IMG/VR virus record: IMGVR_UViG_3300044451_000434
Coordinates: 64,001-128,000 of that record
Source of the DNA: a virus
Strand: one strand, 5' to 3'
DNA length: 64,000 nucleotides
The position numbers were made by a program, and so were the translations under genes. Shown piece by piece: positions 18,252-27,742 of this stretch. The notes under the pieces were generated by a model. That model searched no databases. It was given only the letters and a program-made list of their open reading frames with translations, and was not told the DNA's origin. Position 1 is the stretch's first letter. The number at the start of each line of letters is the position of its first letter.

Positions 18252-19423
18252 CAGACCTGATCCCTAGTTATAATTCCCTTGACAAGTCTATTCTTCACAA
18301 TCTGAGCAGATGTTAAAAGCCCAGAGCAAACCGCGTTTCGCGGGTCTGCAGCCTTGCGAACATCGCCAATTTTGAACGGCAAATTTATTGAAGACATGAT
18401 TCTTTCCAATTTCTTATCGAAACCGTTTGGCATAGAAGTGCCTCCGGCGATCACCACATCAAGAGGCTTATCAAACTGACTCTTAACTTCTGTAAACTTC
18501 TTAGCAAACAAACCCACGACATGACGGAGCATAGCATCGTAATATGCGTCAAGGGCAAAAGCTGTGTCATTGTCTTCGTCTATATTTTTAAAATCAAGAA
18601 CTCGCTCTTTGAAGTCAATCACCTGAGACATAGGTACTGCAGTCTGCTCTGAAACCTGTTTATCTACCCAATCTCCGCTCCTGCTGACAGACATACCAAG
18701 AACCTGCATGCCCTTGTATGCCAAAACGCAGTTTGCCCTACCAGCACCAAATGACATTCCTATTCCACTGAACGGCACTTCTGTACCGTCATCAAGAACA
18801 ACAGACGGCCTCTCGCTGAGGATGACAGCAAGACCTTCTTCTATGACCTTTACATTCCAGCCAAGGCGGGTAAACATGGCCTTGAGGCGAGCTGCATGGA
18901 AAGTACTGTCCTGCCCACCGTCAGCGCACGGACTCGACACGCATGTGCAAACAACGGAATTTTCGTCAGGGGCCTTACCAAGAGAAGATTCTATAATGCC
19001 AGAAAGAACCAAACTCTTCTTTGGTTCATCTCTATTGAGCACTCCATCTTGAAGAGGACGACGAATCTCCACCGAACCAGGAAATAACTTGGCAACCTGC
19101 ATGGAGTCATCTCCAACGACAAAATACTGCATTCCGTCGTTTACATATCTCCAGCCATTTCTAGTCAAGATCTCTTCCAATTCTGATGAATATGGGATTT
19201 CTACAAATGCGTTCCTGACCGCAGAGACGCTTATCTTGTCATCAATGAGCTCTGCTGTCTGAAAAAACATAGTTCCCACATCAACTCCCACTGCTCGGGC
19301 GTGTGACTCTTGCGCCTGTACCGATTCAGCCTTGTTGGCAGTTTGCACAGGGGTATTCGGATTCACTGACGACCGAAGCTTTAGGGAGGCAAAATTCTGC
19401 ATGGCTTTTTCCTTGGCACTCAT
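18251..19423 (-). CDS. Actin-like ATPase (MreB/ParM/Alp superfamily)
   Basis: All five actin-fold motifs in order: VGVDVGT, IEEGLA, GMSFGAG, IAGGTS, AVCSG; 390 aa. Confidence 0.85.
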   Translation of the reverse strand: MSAKEKAMQNFASLKLRSSVNPNTPVQTANKAESVQAQESHARAVGVDVGTMFFQTAELIDDKISVSAVRNAFVEIPYSSELEEILTRNGWRYVNDGMQYFVVGDDSMQVAKLFPGSVEIRRPLQDGVLNRDEPKKSLVLSGIIESSLGKAPDENSVVCTCVSSPCADGGQDSTFHAARLKAMFTRLGWNVKVIEEGLAVILSERPSVVLDDGTEVPFSGIGMSFGAGRANCVLAYKGMQVLGMSVSRSGDWVDKQVSEQTAVPMSQVIDFKERVLDFKNIDEDNDTAFALDAYYDAMLRHVVGLFAKKFTEVKSQFDKPLDVVIAGGTSMPNGFDKKLERIMSSINLPFKIGDVRKAADPRNAVCSGLLTSAQIVKNRLVKGIITRDQV

Positions 19424-19950
19424 CAGAGAAGACCCTCCAATTCATCTAATTTTTTCTTCATATCGGACGCGTCCTTAGATTTGCCTTTTTGAGGTTCCAT
19501 ATTGGTGGAAAGATTAGACGCCATTCGTGAAACAACTTTTTCATGTATAGCTATAAGGTTTTCGGCTTGCGGCTCAGATATTGATTCTACAACATCAATC
19601 TTTTCAACCCGAGATGAAACATGAACAACTTGAGGGGCAGGCATGGAAGATAACATATTTTTTAGCTCTGCTAATGATTCTGCTATGGCAGATATGGCCT
19701 TGCCGTCATTTTCTTCTCTGACTATTTTTCTCAATACGTCCATGTCTATGGTATTCTGGCGCCCACGGCTAGAATCTTTTGCCACCACTCTCAGATACCC
19801 GGCGACCACGGCTTTCTTGACTGAAGGACTTGCCTCGACAATTCTCCTGTCAGCAACAATGTCAAGATCTATAGACTGACTTGGAGACAAAATGACCTTT
19901 AGGTCTCCAAGCGACAAATGCTGCCTAGTTGTATTTACTACCAAAAACAT
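19423..19950 (-). CDS. Hypothetical protein with an N-terminal ~55-aa domain ending in GYL
   Basis: Likely ATG at 19950 (TGATG coupling with the upstream gene). Confidence 0.6.
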   Translation of the reverse strand: MFLVVNTTRQHLSLGDLKVILSPSQSIDLDIVADRRIVEASPSVKKAVVAGYLRVVAKDSSRGRQNTIDMDVLRKIVREENDGKAISAIAESLAELKNMLSSMPAPQVVHVSSRVEKIDVVESISEPQAENLIAIHEKVVSRMASNLSTNMEPQKGKSKDASDMKKKLDELEGLL

Positions 19951-20165
19951 CAGCCCTGCAATCTGGTTCGCGGTAAAGGTTTGAAATTTTTTGATGGATC
20001 TACAATCATCGTCGAACTCTTTTTGCACGATGGACAAACCATGTGAATCGTGCCCTGTGAGAAGTTGATCTCCACGTTGCCACGAGCCGCCGTACTAGAG
20101 AAACACGCAGGACACACCACCCTGAACTCCTCAGACTCATGGACCACCTCCTCTGGTTTAGGCAA
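19950..20165 (-). CDS. Zinc-ribbon protein (71 aa)
   Basis: CPAC...CPSC; coupled to its neighbours. Confidence 0.65.
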   Translation of the reverse strand: MPKPEEVVHESEEFRVVCPACFSSTAARGNVEINFSQGTIHMVCPSCKKSSTMIVDPSKNFKPLPRTRLQG

Positions 20166-22416
20166 GGAACAAACTCCTTGCCAATTTTAACATGCAACCC
20201 CTTACATCTTCGTGATTGCATTCTGCCTCTTTGACTAAGAACTCTTCATCTATAAATGCCATTCGGTCTCGAGCTCGATTTGCACTGCCTAGACCAGATA
20301 GCCGCCAAGCCTTGCTGTCTGGCTCTTCCCCAATGAAATTTATCAGTGCGACAGTTTCTGCATCACTAATGAAATGCGGTCTTAAGCTAAAAGCCAAGCT
20401 AGCAATCACTCTTGCAGCATCTCGGCTATCATTGTTTCTGCTAGTCGCCTTATTGAATGCTTCCACAAGAGCATTATCTAACTTATTCTGCTCTTGAGGA
20501 TCAGCATTTGTCAACGATTCTCGCCATGCCTCAATACTGAATGCATTAACAACCTGCTGCAGTTTTTCGTATATCAAATTATAGGCATTCGGCCCACTTT
20601 TTGGAATGCGCTCAACGGTTCTGTTCGTGTTGTCTTTCAACAACTGCGCCATACACTCAGCCATTTCTTTACTGCTGATGGCATCTTTGATCTGCTGCAC
20701 CTTCTCCTCAAAAGGAAGACTAGAAATTCTTGGAGCCAATTCGTGCACCAGTAATTGTTTGCAACGACGCTTAGCCTGTTCTTTTTTGGAAGGAGTTTTC
20801 GGTCGACTCTGCTGAAGACTGTGAAGGTCAGATTTGTCGTAATTATCAGGTGCGAATTTCATCCAATCTCTCGGAGGATCAGCCCTATTTACCCTAACAA
20901 TGGCATTCAAAACCTTAATGCCCCCATTAACATCACCACTTTGTGTGGTGATTACAATTTGACCGTGATTGTGGTTGACATACGCTGTCTTCTTTTTGTC
21001 AAACAGCGACTTTAGCATGGTCAGTGCAGGAATTGAATAGCCACGATTAGCAACATTCATAAGCGTATCAAACCTTCCGATGAGCCTGTCACGTGCTATC
21101 TTTGCATCTCCGAGAGACTCCTTAAAAATATTTTTCATAGGATTTACGGCCGCCTGCCTATCCTTCATCTGTTCAGCACCAATCGTATCAACGGAAAGTC
21201 TATCAAGTATGCCCTTCAAAGAGCTAATATGGGTGTCAAGTTTGATGGCGAGTTGATTTTTAAATTCTTCAAGAATTTTGATAGCTTTATCGTTGTATTC
21301 AGAAAGAGGCTGACGCTCAAGATTTTGAATTTCACTCTGAATGTAGACATCAAGATCTCTATCTCCGCCTTGCCTGTCCGCGATCATGTCAAGACCTCGC
21401 TGCTCATTTGCGTCTACTCCCATTGCAAGAGTAGAGTCGTACTCATCCCGCTCGAATCGATTGACTCCAATTTCACTCCGACGCTTGTCAATCACATATG
21501 CGAACATATGTGCAACCACATCTTCGTCGCCACCCTGCAGGAGATTTACAAGCCTGCATAGAAGCGTGATGCCAACAACATCAAAACTAGTTGATATTCC
21601 TTGCATCTGATCAATAGTTTTATTAGATATTGCATGAACATTTTTCTTTTTAGAACGATTTAATTCATCTTGGACACGCCGAGGCATCTTTTCACGATGC
21701 CCATCAAAAAAACTATATACAAAGTTTCCCTTAGATCTATGAAAATCAGAAACATCTATGACTGCTCTCCCTCTTTCAATATCATTTAAATATTCAAGAT
21801 ATTGAGGATCTGATCTTCTTTTAAACCAGTCAGTTCCCAAGCCATTCCTAACACATACTGCACGAGCAGCGCTTTGATGGTTGGCAAGAGCTTGCCTGCC
21901 GAATTCTGGCAAATCGCCTTTAGATACCACATCATTCAGATGTGCGATGATGCTTTGCAGGTCATCTTGTCCTTCAGGAAATGTTGAACATGGAGACTCG
22001 TCGTGATTTACATTCGGCACCTCTCTCATGTGCCTTAAGGGCGCGGCTCCGCCCCGAATAGGTTGGGAACCACGATCACCCTGTATGGACACCTCGGGGG
22101 TCTGCAACAACTCTTTTAAACATGTAAGATTGTCAGTTAAAACATCTCGTGCCGCTTCGAGAACATGTTCCTGATTCTCGAGACCATGAATTCTTTCAAA
22201 AGCATCCTCAATCAGGCTATTCAACTCCTGACTCCGAACATCAACATGCTTAGTATGATCATCGGAAGCCCGCTGCATGGCGTCGACCACTTCAGTCAGG
22301 TATTTGTACAATTTATCGTTGCGATTCTTGATCAAATTAAGCTTCTGGGTCACCGATTCGCAAGCACCAAATGCGGTTTTTTGCAATTTCTGTGAAAACA
22401 TGATATACTTTTCCAT
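20158..22416 (-). CDS. Large helical hypothetical protein, candidate internal head protein
   Basis: About 750 aa; KxA motifs near both ends (LQKTAF, LVKEAE, MLKLAR); start uncertain (22416 or 22401). Confidence 0.6.
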   Translation of the reverse strand: MEKYIMFSQKLQKTAFGACESVTQKLNLIKNRNDKLYKYLTEVVDAMQRASDDHTKHVDVRSQELNSLIEDAFERIHGLENQEHVLEAARDVLTDNLTCLKELLQTPEVSIQGDRGSQPIRGGAAPLRHMREVPNVNHDESPCSTFPEGQDDLQSIIAHLNDVVSKGDLPEFGRQALANHQSAARAVCVRNGLGTDWFKRRSDPQYLEYLNDIERGRAVIDVSDFHRSKGNFVYSFFDGHREKMPRRVQDELNRSKKKNVHAISNKTIDQMQGISTSFDVVGITLLCRLVNLLQGGDEDVVAHMFAYVIDKRRSEIGVNRFERDEYDSTLAMGVDANEQRGLDMIADRQGGDRDLDVYIQSEIQNLERQPLSEYNDKAIKILEEFKNQLAIKLDTHISSLKGILDRLSVDTIGAEQMKDRQAAVNPMKNIFKESLGDAKIARDRLIGRFDTLMNVANRGYSIPALTMLKSLFDKKKTAYVNHNHGQIVITTQSGDVNGGIKVLNAIVRVNRADPPRDWMKFAPDNYDKSDLHSLQQSRPKTPSKKEQAKRRCKQLLVHELAPRISSLPFEEKVQQIKDAISSKEMAECMAQLLKDNTNRTVERIPKSGPNAYNLIYEKLQQVVNAFSIEAWRESLTNADPQEQNKLDNALVEAFNKATSRNNDSRDAARVIASLAFSLRPHFISDAETVALINFIGEEPDSKAWRLSGLGSANRARDRMAFIDEEFLVKEAECNHEDVRGCMLKLARSLFLA

Positions 22417-22503
22417 AAATAGTATTTCTGACTTGTTGCGACCTATCCTTGTGCGGAGGTGTGGGGCAGAAAACGAACCCCGCCCCACACCGCCGCAGTG
22501 ATG

Positions 22504-23193
22504 TCAGTTTTTTTCCTTGTATTTGAGGTCTATCTTAGAAACAAGACCATGTCGCTGGCAAGATTCTGGGGGGAATTGGAAACGACTAATCCCATCCACG
22601 CTCTTGAGCCTTCTAAGAGCATCTGTCAAGCCATTCCTAGACGACCTGCAATCTAGATCGCACTGGAATTCGTCACCTGCGACAACTGCTTTAGATGATT
22701 TACCAAGCCTAGTGAGGAAAAGGTGCATCTGCTCAGGAGTGCTGTTTTGCGCCTCGTCCATGATCATGAAAGTGTTTTCAAAAGTGACGCCACGCATGAA
22801 GGCAAGAGGGAGTATTTGAATTTCATCAGATGCCATCATTCTGCTAGCCGTGCTCTTCCCAAGAATTTTCTCCATAATCATCCTGATTGGAGCAACAAAA
22901 GGATCGAACTTTTGCTCAAGAGATCCAGGAAGGTATCCTAGTCTTTCGCCAGCGCTCACGTAAGGACGTGTAAGAATAATTTTGCTTATTCGTTTTTCAC
23001 TCAACATCCGCAAAGCCATGCCAGTGGCAATTGTTGTTTTTCCTGTACCCGCCATTCCATATAACATGGTCACTGCGCTGTCCTCAATTATTTTCACAGC
23101 TTGCCTCTGATGTTCATCAAGTGGCTTGAATGCTATATGGGACCCAGGACGACTGCTCTCAATCAACTGCTTGCGCTTGGACTTGTTGCTCAT
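22504..23193 (-). CDS. phoH: PhoH-family ATPase
   Basis: GMAGTGKT, LTRP, LGYLPG, FMRG, DEAQN, TRLG, QRH motifs. Confidence 0.95.
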   Translation of the reverse strand: MSNKSKRKQLIESSRPGSHIAFKPLDEHQRQAVKIIEDSAVTMLYGMAGTGKTTIATGMALRMLSEKRISKIILTRPYVSAGERLGYLPGSLEQKFDPFVAPIRMIMEKILGKSTASRMMASDEIQILPLAFMRGVTFENTFMIMDEAQNSTPEQMHLFLTRLGKSSKAVVAGDEFQCDLDCRSSRNGLTDALRRLKSVDGISRFQFPPESCQRHGLVSKIDLKYKEKN

Positions 23194-23615
23194 GTCGCTT
23201 TTCCTCCCAATGTTAAGATGACAAAATCAGACGAACGAGAATCACGGCGGCACACAACACCATCCGTGAGCATCGCAACATATAAAGAGTCCACATCCTC
23301 CATACGCGATACGATTTCGTCCCAAACGGGCGAAGGGAGGCGGATACGCCTCCCTTCAAGCAACTGTAGTCTTATTTTTATTGGATTGAAGTTTGTCAAA
23401 GACTCAACCTGCACCAAAAAGTTGTCAAATTCATTAGCCAATTCCAACTGCCAAAAACCAGATTCGTCTCTTGATCGTCTCAACTGGTTTATCTGCTCGT
23501 CTCCCATACACTCTCGTAGATAGGCCAACTGATCTGCATTAAGCAGACGAGTCAATCTGCAAAATTCTGGATATGATTCAAAAATAGGTTCGTCTTTAGC
23601 TTTTTTTCTTTTCAT
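23190..23615 (-). CDS. Hypothetical protein (~141 aa)
   Basis: Likely ATG at 23615 (ATGA overlap). Confidence 0.55.
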   Translation of the reverse strand: MKRKKAKDEPIFESYPEFCRLTRLLNADQLAYLRECMGDEQINQLRRSRDESGFWQLELANEFDNFLVQVESLTNFNPIKIRLQLLEGRRIRLPSPVWDEIVSRMEDVDSLYVAMLTDGVVCRRDSRSSDFVILTLGGKAT

Positions 23616-23908
23616 GCTTGGATGTTTATGGGAGCGTTGAGCATGATATGGCACATGTTCAACACATGGGTGGTATCCGCGTCTGCTTCACCAGCAGCGA
23701 ACTTAACCAACAACCCGTTTTCAAGAGCAATACCCCTCCCTGAAAGCAAAGTGTTTCTGAAATTTTTGGGCATCCTATTCACTGCAGGATCATCACCATT
23801 GATGATATAATTCTTCATCTCTTCAGTAGCAAGGGCGTAGAAGAAACAATCACCATCCCCTGCAACCTTGTCAAGCAACTCTCGCAAAACTTTCTTGTTT
23901 ACGATCAT
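23612..23908 (-). CDS. Hypothetical protein (~98 aa)
   Basis: Likely ATG at 23908 (ATGA overlap). Confidence 0.55.
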   Translation of the reverse strand: MIVNKKVLRELLDKVAGDGDCFFYALATEEMKNYIINGDDPAVNRMPKNFRNTLLSGRGIALENGLLVKFAAGEADADTTHVLNMCHIMLNAPINIQA

Positions 23909-24903
23909 ACACCACCACCTGTAAATATGTATCTGAACCATCTGCTCCTGCCGCCAGGTAGAGCGTATTCAGGAGTGACAATATTTCTAGTCTTGGGATA
24001 TGGACCAAGTTTCTTGCCATCCAAGAAGCCTTTAACGCTCTCTTCATAATTCTTTTTCAAAGTGTCTAGGCTGCTCGAAAGATTTGAAGCACGCTCAGCA
24101 CTACCAAAAACAAGTTGCGGCTCCTGAAAAGTTAAAGACAGCATAATTTCTCTCATTGCATCTGCTGCAGCGCCGTAAAGAACAGCCGGGACAATCTCGC
24201 ATGGCACTGAAGCAAGACTGTAATTGCTTCTAGGCGGGTAAAAATTAAACCTGCCAAGAGCATTCGCCAAAAATCTGTACAGTTGATCATCGGAAAACCA
24301 TCTGAAATTGTAGTCGGCATTCACAATGTCATATGATGTAAATGGCGTGTTAAAAGTAACTGTACCACGAAAATAATTCGTAGAAAAGCCATCGTCTACG
24401 ATGTTGTTGTTCCTATAGATTCTGACGCCTGCTGACTGATTCCACCTCGGAAAAGAAAACGCAAAAGTGGCGTTGTCTTTTGACGGACGACCCTGCTCAA
24501 AATACACAGGTATGTTCATGGTTGGTCTTATGTGATATTCAAGAGCAACTATAAGATCCCTAATCTGCCCAAAATAAACACTTTCTGGATCGGGCCTCTC
24601 ATTTATGACAACCTCTTGAGTAATCGTGTTTATTCCAACACCATCATCATATGACCAGGTTAAATCCCATCGACCCACTTCTGCATCAGATGCAACCGAC
24701 CATATGTATGCATAATAACCATCAGATATGGTGATTGCAACATCTCCATCGACATCAACCTCTCCAGACGGACTGGTCAGAGTGACAGACACATCGGTGG
24801 CTGCGACAGGCTGAGAATTGAGAGATGTCAATCTCAGAAACAAACTGTTTGAAGTGCCTTGGGTAAATGTTCCTTGAGACTCTGTCGATTGACTTAGTGC
24901 CAT
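23905..24903 (-). CDS. Head-tail connector-like protein with an N-terminal Ig-like domain
   Basis: Ig-like N-terminus (VSVTLTSPSG...GYYAYIW...GRWDLTW) and adaptor-like helical C-terminus (WFSDDQLYRFL...VLYGAAADAM). Confidence 0.55.
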   Translation of the reverse strand: MALSQSTESQGTFTQGTSNSLFLRLTSLNSQPVAATDVSVTLTSPSGEVDVDGDVAITISDGYYAYIWSVASDAEVGRWDLTWSYDDGVGINTITQEVVINERPDPESVYFGQIRDLIVALEYHIRPTMNIPVYFEQGRPSKDNATFAFSFPRWNQSAGVRIYRNNNIVDDGFSTNYFRGTVTFNTPFTSYDIVNADYNFRWFSDDQLYRFLANALGRFNFYPPRSNYSLASVPCEIVPAVLYGAAADAMREIMLSLTFQEPQLVFGSAERASNLSSSLDTLKKNYEESVKGFLDGKKLGPYPKTRNIVTPEYALPGGRSRWFRYIFTGGGV

Positions 24904-25676
24904 CAGAATTTCCTCAAGTCTTGCGAGGTTCTGCCTGTTGATGTTACTTCAATACGGCCAGGAATACCTGCCCGAGAAACCTGAACACCCGGCATCGGAG
25001 AGCCAAACCCAACAACTGCTCCAGAGGGAGCTTCAAAACACAAGGCATACATTCCGGATTTTACTGCCACCGCCATAGCATCATTCAATTCATTAAACCT
25101 CAAAGATCCGTATGGAGGATTGTAGGAAACCCGCTTGAGTTCTTGAGTAGTTCTGAGAGCCGCATCTACCATACGCAATGACACCCTGCTAACCTGTGCA
25201 GTTGATGCTCCTGCAGAAACCTTTGCGTATACAACTTTTTCATTGAAAGGATAGAACACAGATGCAGATCCGACCCTAGCTCCAGACATGAAAAAGTTGT
25301 CAAGCCTACTGCTCTCTTCAGATAGAAAGGCTCGCAAAGCAACCTGCGAAGGATCATCACCGCGAAGAGCCACGCCAAGAATTGGATCCCACAACAACTC
25401 TTCGTGAGACAAAAGCAGATCATCAACTGCTGGCGAAACTCCCATCCTTTCATAGATGCAAACATTTACCCTGTCATTTTTAATTCCGTCAGCCTTTATT
25501 GAAGCACCGTACATCGGGAAACGAAGCAATTCTAAAGAGATAACTGCAGAAGCATGCGTTATGGTAGATGAAAAAATACCTGAAGATGGATTGAGCTTTA
25601 GACCATCTTCTGATGTGCAGATACAGTAAAAAACAGATTGTCTTGGTGCAATAAATCTCACCGGAAATGATGGCAT
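24903..25676 (-). CDS. Hypothetical protein (257 aa)
   Basis: Coupled ORF in the operon. Confidence 0.6.
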   Translation of the reverse strand: MPSFPVRFIAPRQSVFYCICTSEDGLKLNPSSGIFSSTITHASAVISLELLRFPMYGASIKADGIKNDRVNVCIYERMGVSPAVDDLLLSHEELLWDPILGVALRGDDPSQVALRAFLSEESSRLDNFFMSGARVGSASVFYPFNEKVVYAKVSAGASTAQVSRVSLRMVDAALRTTQELKRVSYNPPYGSLRFNELNDAMAVAVKSGMYALCFEAPSGAVVGFGSPMPGVQVSRAGIPGRIEVTSTGRTSQDLRKF

Positions 25677-25679
25677 GAC

Positions 25680-26462
25680 TTATATTTCCATCATTTTATT
25701 GACTATGCCTCTTGAATCCATATCGGAACTAGCAGCAATAATATTTGCAGCAACACCAGCAACAAAAGCATTGGCAAAACTAGAGCCTATAGAATCCATA
25801 AATCTGTCTCCAACGGTCATGGTATCATATGTCCAATTAGGCATGGTTATCTTGATCCCGTCAGCAGATGGGGATTTAACTTCGCCTACTGCGACTGAAA
25901 TAACTCCAGAAGCCGAAGACGGGAAGGCATAAGAACGCGTATCAGAAACCGCAGAAAATATCAATATTTCTTTTGCAAGCAATTTTTTAATCACTTCTGA
26001 AGCGAGATGCTCTTCTTCAGAAGATGTTAGGCTGCAAACCACAATATCGCACCTTGAAGCCATGCACCACAAAAGTCCTCCGACAAGAGCAGATATATCT
26101 CCCGACCTGTCAGACTTTGCACACTTGGCGTGAAAGAAAGTGGCTTCATGACAAAGACCAGGAATACCTGAGGCATGAGATGAAGATAAAATGCCCGATA
26201 CAGAAGTGCCGTGACCATCTCGGTCATATGGCTCTTCGCCATTAACCATACTAACCTGCCTACTCTGATTGTTTAACTTGATATCTCTATGTGTGGGAGC
26301 ACCCGTGTCTACTATTCCGATTTTGAGACCTGAACAGTCAGTTCTTTCCACCCTAAATCCTCCATGTGCTGGCAGCACAACCTGTCTGACTCTAGGTGAT
26401 ATCCTAAGTCTTCCATCTGGAGGGGAATCACCCAACACCATCGGACACAATCTCCTCTTCAA
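25680..26462 (-). CDS. Subtilisin-like serine protease (family S8)
   Basis: Catalytic motifs in D-H-S order: IGIVDTG, GHGTSVSGI, GSSFANAFVAG. Confidence 0.85.
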   Translation of the reverse strand: MKRRLCPMVLGDSPPDGRLRISPRVRQVVLPAHGGFRVERTDCSGLKIGIVDTGAPTHRDIKLNNQSRQVSMVNGEEPYDRDGHGTSVSGILSSSHASGIPGLCHEATFFHAKCAKSDRSGDISALVGGLLWCMASRCDIVVCSLTSSEEEHLASEVIKKLLAKEILIFSAVSDTRSYAFPSSASGVISVAVGEVKSPSADGIKITMPNWTYDTMTVGDRFMDSIGSSFANAFVAGVAANIIAASSDMDSRGIVNKMMEI

Positions 26463-27153
26463 CCATTTCTACAAAACTAAAAACAGGGCTACAAGATCTT
26501 GAAGACCTGAGCAGAAGGGCTCTTCCACCACCCGAAGCACAGCCCCATGCACACACAGGATCATCTGTAACCAAAGCAGAGACGGTTCTGCTCTCTTCAA
26601 TTCTCTTCACTAAACTCTTGCGAACAGGCACATGCCAAAGTCTGCCTGTCTCAAAAAATTTTGACTTTACAGCCATGCGAAGGGAGTCATTGGAGATTGA
26701 AACACCCTGCCTGTCATGCATTTTTGTAGAAAACTTGGTGTGGAAACTTGGCAGGACAACATCATCAATATGAAATGCCTTAGACAAAGAATACAGAATA
26801 GGTTGCCCCTCAAGATATGCAGAAAGTATATGAGAAAACCTTGCCTCTGTTGCCACTATAGATGCACCATCAAGAACCAAGCCATAGGCGCCAAGACTTA
26901 ACGCATGACGACAGTCAACCACGGAGTCAGAAACGCACACAATCTCATCAAACTGATCCCTAGAAATAGTGTGCAGATGAGCAAAATATGGCTTACCGGG
27001 AAGAATTTTTTGAAGTCCGTCCTCCCATCCAGCTGAGGATGAAATTGTGAATTCACACTGTCCACCATAGATGCGCTTCATGATTTGAAGCAATGAAGAA
27101 GTTACAAGTATCCCCCATTCAGATGGAGATGGAATCAGGCATATTTTTTTCAT
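26428..27153 (-). CDS. Divergent GT9 (heptosyltransferase-like) glycosyltransferase
   Basis: N-terminus KKICLI..S..GILVTSSLLQIMKRIY and C-terminus ALVTDD..AWGCASGG loosely match GT9 patterns. Confidence 0.4.
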   Translation of the reverse strand: MKKICLIPSPSEWGILVTSSLLQIMKRIYGGQCEFTISSSAGWEDGLQKILPGKPYFAHLHTISRDQFDEIVCVSDSVVDCRHALSLGAYGLVLDGASIVATEARFSHILSAYLEGQPILYSLSKAFHIDDVVLPSFHTKFSTKMHDRQGVSISNDSLRMAVKSKFFETGRLWHVPVRKSLVKRIEESRTVSALVTDDPVCAWGCASGGGRALLLRSSRSCSPVFSFVEMVEEEIVSDGVG

Positions 27154-27154
27154 G

Positions 27155-27742
27155 TCATAGCCTTATTTCGGCTGCGTTTCTGATCCCGCTAGGTAAAATA
27201 TCATCATCTGTTCCTGTGTCAACATCATCTTTCCTTCGTATGGAGCCTCGAGATTTCCTACTTGCTTTTTGAGCCTCTTTCTTGAGTTTTAATTGCTCAC
27301 TGTGCGCCTGACGCATAACTGACAATTCTTGCCCAGACAACCTAACGAGATGACCCGAAGATATCAGAGACAGAATCTGAGCAGGAATATCACCATATTC
27401 TTTTTTGATGAATGATGCAGATTTTCCGTCTATTTTGCCATCAAACTTTAAAGGAGGCTGCAACTTGCTCAATATCAAACATCCATCTTTGGCAGGAGCT
27501 ATAAAGTCTTTTTCTTGCGACACCTGAGTATCAAGAGAGACAACTCTAGAAATAGCAGGATTAGACTGCGGGACAGATACGGTTCCAAGAACTAACTCTT
27601 TGAGAGTAATCAGGCCGCCATCAACTACGGCAGGCACGTTCATCAACTCTGGATGAACCATTACCCTATCGATTGGGAGAGAATAGACTTTTTCTCCCAT
27701 AAACACAACCCTGCCAAAATCTCTGTCGTAAAATGCTTTCAT
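27155..27742 (-). CDS. Hypothetical protein (~195 aa)
   Basis: Likely ATG at 27742 (ATGA overlap). Confidence 0.6.
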   Translation of the reverse strand: MKAFYDRDFGRVVFMGEKVYSLPIDRVMVHPELMNVPAVVDGGLITLKELVLGTVSVPQSNPAISRVVSLDTQVSQEKDFIAPAKDGCLILSKLQPPLKFDGKIDGKSASFIKKEYGDIPAQILSLISSGHLVRLSGQELSVMRQAHSEQLKLKKEAQKASRKSRGSIRRKDDVDTGTDDDILPSGIRNAAEIRL

